Positions 59,672-64,000 of a stretch of 64,000 nucleotides of DNA are shown piece by piece. The translations under genes and the position numbers were made by a program. Source of the DNA: Nitrososphaeria archaeon (GTDB taxonomy: Archaea > Thermoproteota > Nitrososphaeria > JACIWG01); contig JBEKIG010000004.1 of assembly GCA_050011875.1 (NCBI GenBank), positions 128,001 through 192,000 of the forward strand, given 5' to 3'. Position 1 is the stretch's first letter, and the number at the start of each line of letters is the position of its first letter. The notes under the pieces are model-generated. The model saw only the letters and a list, made by a program, of their open reading frames with translations, searched no databases and had not been told where the DNA came from.

Positions 59672-60224
59672 GTAGAAAATAGAGTGATGGCAATATAAGA
59701 ACCTTACAGCAACAAATTTGTTAATCTTTTTCAATAAATTTGTGACTTATACCGTGAATATATTCGGGAAAAGATTAAATAATAAAAATGTCCATTATTA
59801 TTTAAACTCATTTAATGTCTAATTGACATATGGCCTTAAGAATAGATAGATATCCTCAAGGGCATATTGTCCCCGTAGTTTACTCTGGTAAAATGTTTGG
59901 GAGAATTTTTATCAGGGTAGCAGTTTGCAGGCGTTCGAATCTATTCGCAGGACATATGTCTCATCAAAATTGTTTAGATAGATATGAATAGAATGATTGA
60001 AGCGATTTAAATAAAGCAGAGAGGCAGTCAAACATGACGAACGATAAAAAAGATCTGATGTCACCGCAGTGTTCACTTGAAATCAGATGATTTTTGAGAA
60101 GATGTTTTAAATGATAAATAGATTTTTGTTTTAGTTAAAACCTTGTCTCAAAAATTTTACGTCTGTAAATAAATATTAAGGGAGAAGTTGTTTATTTTTA
60201 ATTTGAAACGAAATATGTTAGAAT

Positions 60225-60914
60225 CTAAGGGCTGGCTATGTAGCTCTGGTTTGAGTCGCCATTGATTGAATAGCCATTCTGCTCCCAATAACCTTTGAAG
60301 TCCGTATTATTGGAGACCTCTATTTTTGTGATCCACTTTACCCACTTATAGCCCCATTTGCCTTCCGCAACCACCTGAAATGGCCAACCATTTTCAGGCG
60401 ATATAGTAACGTTGTTCATCTTGTAGGCGATCATAATGTTATTGCTGTTAATGTAGTCGATGGGCAAAGAGTCAGAATAGTTGTCGTAGCCGTAGAAAAT
60501 GACTATCGTTGCATTCGATTTTACACCTGCATCTGCTAAAAGGTCTTTTATGAGGAAACCCTGCCACAGCATTGTGACACTCCATCCTTCAACACAGTTC
60601 AACGTAACAACTTTTTCATAGGCTGTATACCTCGATATAACCTCATCGTATGTGAGAGTAAGGTTCTTGTCAACGAGGCCAGTGACAACGAGCCTATAGG
60701 TACTTTGATTGATGTATTGGGTTCCCTTGATGGAGACTTCTGGCTCATCGCTGATCGAGGAAAGCTTTTGACCCTGGTAATCTGTTATCTCAGAAGTGTT
60801 AAGTTTAGTTGTACTGCCCACAGTTGTATAGTAGCCCAAAATAGCCGCTGCGGCAACAATCACTATAATCACTAAAAGGAACGGCAGTCTCTTAACTGAT
60901 ACATTCCGCTGCAT
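60225..60914 (-). CDS. Membrane-anchored molybdopterin oxidoreductase (sulfite oxidase/MsrP-like)
   Basis: N-terminal TM, CVEGWS Mo-ligand Cys, GWPF, WGYKWVKWI, GYWE. Confidence 0.92.
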   Translation of the reverse strand: MQRNVSVKRLPFLLVIIVIVAAAAILGYYTTVGSTTKLNTSEITDYQGQKLSSISDEPEVSIKGTQYINQSTYRLVVTGLVDKNLTLTYDEVISRYTAYEKVVTLNCVEGWSVTMLWQGFLIKDLLADAGVKSNATIVIFYGYDNYSDSLPIDYINSNNIMIAYKMNNVTISPENGWPFQVVAEGKWGYKWVKWITKIEVSNNTDFKGYWEQNGYSINGDSNQSYIASP

Positions 60915-61080
60915 TTATAGGCTATATTATAGCAGTGTTATACTTAAGTGTTATTACTGGAAAAAAATAATCAGAATTATACATTAAATGTTCTGAAGGC
61001 TAGTGTTAAGCTTGGAAAAGACTGCCAAGTTTAAAAGATCATAAATAAACTAATTAAAGTCGTTAGGTGGACCATACATC

Positions 61081-63441
61081 GTGCAGATTGAAAGCTACGA
61101 TTTATTTCTTGAATTAGACTTCAAAAATCTAAAGTTTGTGGGAAAAACGCTCATAAAACTTGAAACTGAGGGGGATGTAATCCTAAACTCTCTTGGCCTT
61201 ACTATCCTTAACGCCGGAACCAACACTAGGTCTTACCCTTTTAATCAAAGAGAAGAAGATCTAATAATTAAAACAGGGCCTTTCAATGGGACACTAGAAA
61301 TCAGATACTCCGGTCAGATCCCCGATACACTAGTGGGAATCTACAGAGCACCTTATGGGAGCACTTACATGATAACCACACAATTTGAAGCTGCAAATGC
61401 GAGGAGAATGTTCCCGTGTTTAGATCACCCAGGGTATAAAGCCGAGTTTAAGCTAACTGTGAAGATAGACAGAGAGCTAGATGCTATTTCGAACATGCCT
61501 GTCGAGTCGACGGAAACAGAGGGTGATATGAAAACCGTCTCCTTCCAAAGGACACCGAAGATGTCGACGTACCTGCTCTACTTAGGTATAGGAAAATTTG
61601 AGGAGATCAATGACAGAATAGGCGACATTAAAATATTTGTGGCTACAACGCCTACTAAAGCAAGCAAGGGGGCGTTCGCATTAGATGTCGCCAAGAAGTC
61701 TTTAGAATTCTACCAGACATACTTTGGTGTTTCATACCCTCTTCCAAAGATTCATCTAATAGCTATACCTGAGTTTGCCGCAGGTGCCATGGAGAACTGG
61801 GGCGCGATAACTTTCAGAGAAACAGCACTTCTGGTTGACGAAAATAGCAGCTTCAAGACTAAAAAGAGAGTGGCCGAGGTTGTAGCCCACGAGCTTGCGC
61901 ACCAATGGTTTGGAAACTTAGTGACCATGAAATGGTGGGACGAAATCTGGCTGAACGAAAGCTTTGGAACATTTATGTGTTACAAGGCGATGGATGCCAT
62001 CTACCCGAAATGGAAGGTTTGGCAGGACTTCTTAAATGACGAAACTGCGGGCGCTTTTGCTAGGGACTGCCTAAAAAGCACTCACCCTATAAAAGCACAC
62101 ATCGAAACTCCTAGTGAAATAGAGCAAATTTTCGACAGCATAAGTTATGGTAAGGGTGCAAGCATTCTTAGGATGATTGAAGCGTATATGGGACCAGGTG
62201 ACTTCAGGAAAGGCATATCGAACTATCTTATGGAGCACAGTTACTCTAACGCATCTGGAGAAGATCTTTGGAATTCTCTTGAGAAAATATCGGGAAAGCC
62301 GATAGAGGTGATCATGAGCGAATGGGTAGGAAAGCCTGGATATCCAATTGTAAACGCAGAAATGAGAGGAAACAGCTTAGTGCTCAAGCAGAATCGGTTT
62401 TTACTGGCAAACGAGTCCAGAGAAGACGTTTGGAGAATACCAATCGGTATGAAGATCAATGATAAAGAAAGAACTTTGCTCTTGGACAGCAAAGAGGAAG
62501 TTATCGAGGCTAAAAACTTGGAGTCCCTCAAGTTGAACGTTGACCAAACAGGTTTCTACAGAGTTTATTACGGGGGACTCTACGAAAAAGTGTGGCAGAG
62601 TAACCTCTCAGCTTTTGAAAGGTGGGGGATAGCGTCCGATTCACTGGCCTTCCTATTGGCTGGCAAGCTGTCTTTCAGCGACTACCTTAGCCGTGTGGAG
62701 AGATACTATAATGATCACGACTATCTACCGGTCCTCGAACTTTCTGATCAGCTGGCGTTCCTATACTCGATAGTTCCATCCAAAGTTTCCGAAGCTTCAA
62801 GAATGTTCCATAATTTACAGCTAGAAGCCCTTCAGGAAAAATCTGAAGAGAACAGTTCAATGTTAAACGGCATTATAGCTGGAAGACTAGCTATGTTAGA
62901 TGAAGGCTACGCTAAAAAATTAGGTTCAGACTTCCACAACTACGCCAAGATAAAACCAGATATGAAAGACGCAGTCGTAATAGCCTATGCTAGGGCAAAC
63001 AGCGATCTTGAGGGTGTTGTAAAAAAGTACAGAGAGAGCGATTCAGACGAAGAGAGAATACGGTTTCTTAATTCTATGATGCTCTTCAAGGATCGTTCAC
63101 TTGTTGCACTTTCGTTTGGATTAGCTCTCAGTGGCGAGGTGAAAAGACAGGACATAACAAGCATGATCTTAGCGGCCACAAGAAACCCGGATGCCAGAGA
63201 CGTTGCTTGGATGTGGATGAAGATCAATTTACAAACACTCAGGAAACTAAATGAAGGCACAGGTAGACTATCACAGGTCTTGCTATCCACTATACCTATT
63301 CTTGGAATAGGTAAGGCTGATGAGGTTGAGGAATTCTTCAGAGAGAACAGAATACCTGAGGCTGGGAAGGGGATTGAAGCAGGTCTGGAGAAACTCAAAG
63401 TCTACGATAGATTTGTTAAAAGCACCAATTTCGGCGATTAG
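61081..63441 (+). CDS. M1 family aminopeptidase (tricorn-interacting factor F2/F3-like)
   Basis: TQFEA..AR, GAMENWG, HELAH...LNE, SYGKG. Confidence 0.97.
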   Translation: MQIESYDLFLELDFKNLKFVGKTLIKLETEGDVILNSLGLTILNAGTNTRSYPFNQREEDLIIKTGPFNGTLEIRYSGQIPDTLVGIYRAPYGSTYMITTQFEAANARRMFPCLDHPGYKAEFKLTVKIDRELDAISNMPVESTETEGDMKTVSFQRTPKMSTYLLYLGIGKFEEINDRIGDIKIFVATTPTKASKGAFALDVAKKSLEFYQTYFGVSYPLPKIHLIAIPEFAAGAMENWGAITFRETALLVDENSSFKTKKRVAEVVAHELAHQWFGNLVTMKWWDEIWLNESFGTFMCYKAMDAIYPKWKVWQDFLNDETAGAFARDCLKSTHPIKAHIETPSEIEQIFDSISYGKGASILRMIEAYMGPGDFRKGISNYLMEHSYSNASGEDLWNSLEKISGKPIEVIMSEWVGKPGYPIVNAEMRGNSLVLKQNRFLLANESREDVWRIPIGMKINDKERTLLLDSKEEVIEAKNLESLKLNVDQTGFYRVYYGGLYEKVWQSNLSAFERWGIASDSLAFLLAGKLSFSDYLSRVERYYNDHDYLPVLELSDQLAFLYSIVPSKVSEASRMFHNLQLEALQEKSEENSSMLNGIIAGRLAMLDEGYAKKLGSDFHNYAKIKPDMKDAVVIAYARANSDLEGVVKKYRESDSDEERIRFLNSMMLFKDRSLVALSFGLALSGEVKRQDITSMILAATRNPDARDVAWMWMKINLQTLRKLNEGTGRLSQVLLSTIPILGIGKADEVEEFFRENRIPEAGKGIEAGLEKLKVYDRFVKSTNFGD

Positions 63442-64000
63442 AATCCACTTAAAGCCAAAATTATCAGGGTTGCCCTAAATACAATGAACAGGTTCCACAA
63501 CAATGGGATATTAACCGATAAAGGTAGCATACCCCATTCCAATTTTCTAACCTTGAATTTCATTTACTTAATATAGCTGGATAAGCAGCCACTTAGATAT
63601 ATATTCAAAACTGGAGAGACCGTATCTTGGTTCAAGTGTAGGCTTAACGTTTATCGCCTCTCAAGCACTAAAATTTAATAAGAAATTAATCTTTAAAAAT
63701 GAAAAAAATCCAGTGACAGAATCCTTAACTTTTTTGAAGTTGCATAGAAATAGTTTAAAGGTTAAAGCTTTCAAGAAACTTTTTCAGCAGTCCACATGAT
63801 TGGTTAATTTAATAATCGGAGTTGGACATGAACTCTTTTCTAACGATCGACAGCTCGATGTGTCTAAAATATCTTCTACAGAAGTTTCTCCCAAAGAATA
63901 GATGTTATCTATCTACGTTCTGTAAAAGGTTTTAAAACACTCTGACTGCATACAAAATAGGAGCGTGTGTTAGAAAGACTATGTCAGAGATGTTAGATGA

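Noticed and set aside
59830-59991. 53-aa ORF vaguely like a ferredoxin or delta-subunit remnant
   Set aside because: Cys motifs are not intact; similarity is impressionistic

Overview
Archaeal chromosomal window, most consistent with a non-ammonia-oxidising Nitrososphaerota/TACK lineage (inferred from archaeal r-protein sequences, an intron-containing tRNA, heavy TTG/GTG start use, and no eL14/eL34/SUI1 in the r-protein cluster). About 1-27 kb is a patchwork accessory region. It holds an orphan tRNA 3' half (att-like, apparently with its intron retained), tRNA-Ser with a truncated integrase, several pseudogenes, MFS and ABC-2 transporters, a glycerol-utilisation operon (glpK, G3P dehydrogenase, Nox-DUF1667 fusion), a YHS-fused alpha-glucan phosphorylase, a split UxaA/SuyAB-type dehydratase and a WtpABC tungstate/molybdate importer. 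About 27.6-46.2 kb is the minus-strand S10/spc ribosomal super-operon (SPOUT MTase, rpl3 to secY, DUF106, cmk, cbf5). It has three oddities: a ~420-bp structured insert between rps19 and rpl22, an hsp20 gene between rpl30 and rpl15, and a 15-bp tandem repeat that multiplies the rps5 start. About 46-64 kb contains mixed housekeeping genes (IDH/IPMDH, SIMPL, P-type ATPase, PrsW, YqjD/YqjE-like pair, rtcB, PRTase-SDR fusion, Lrp, UroD-like, stand-alone LigD phosphoesterase, sulfite-oxidase-family protein, M1 aminopeptidase). I found no CRISPR array, intact mobile element or recognisable defence system. All calls come from motif reading only; no database searches were run.
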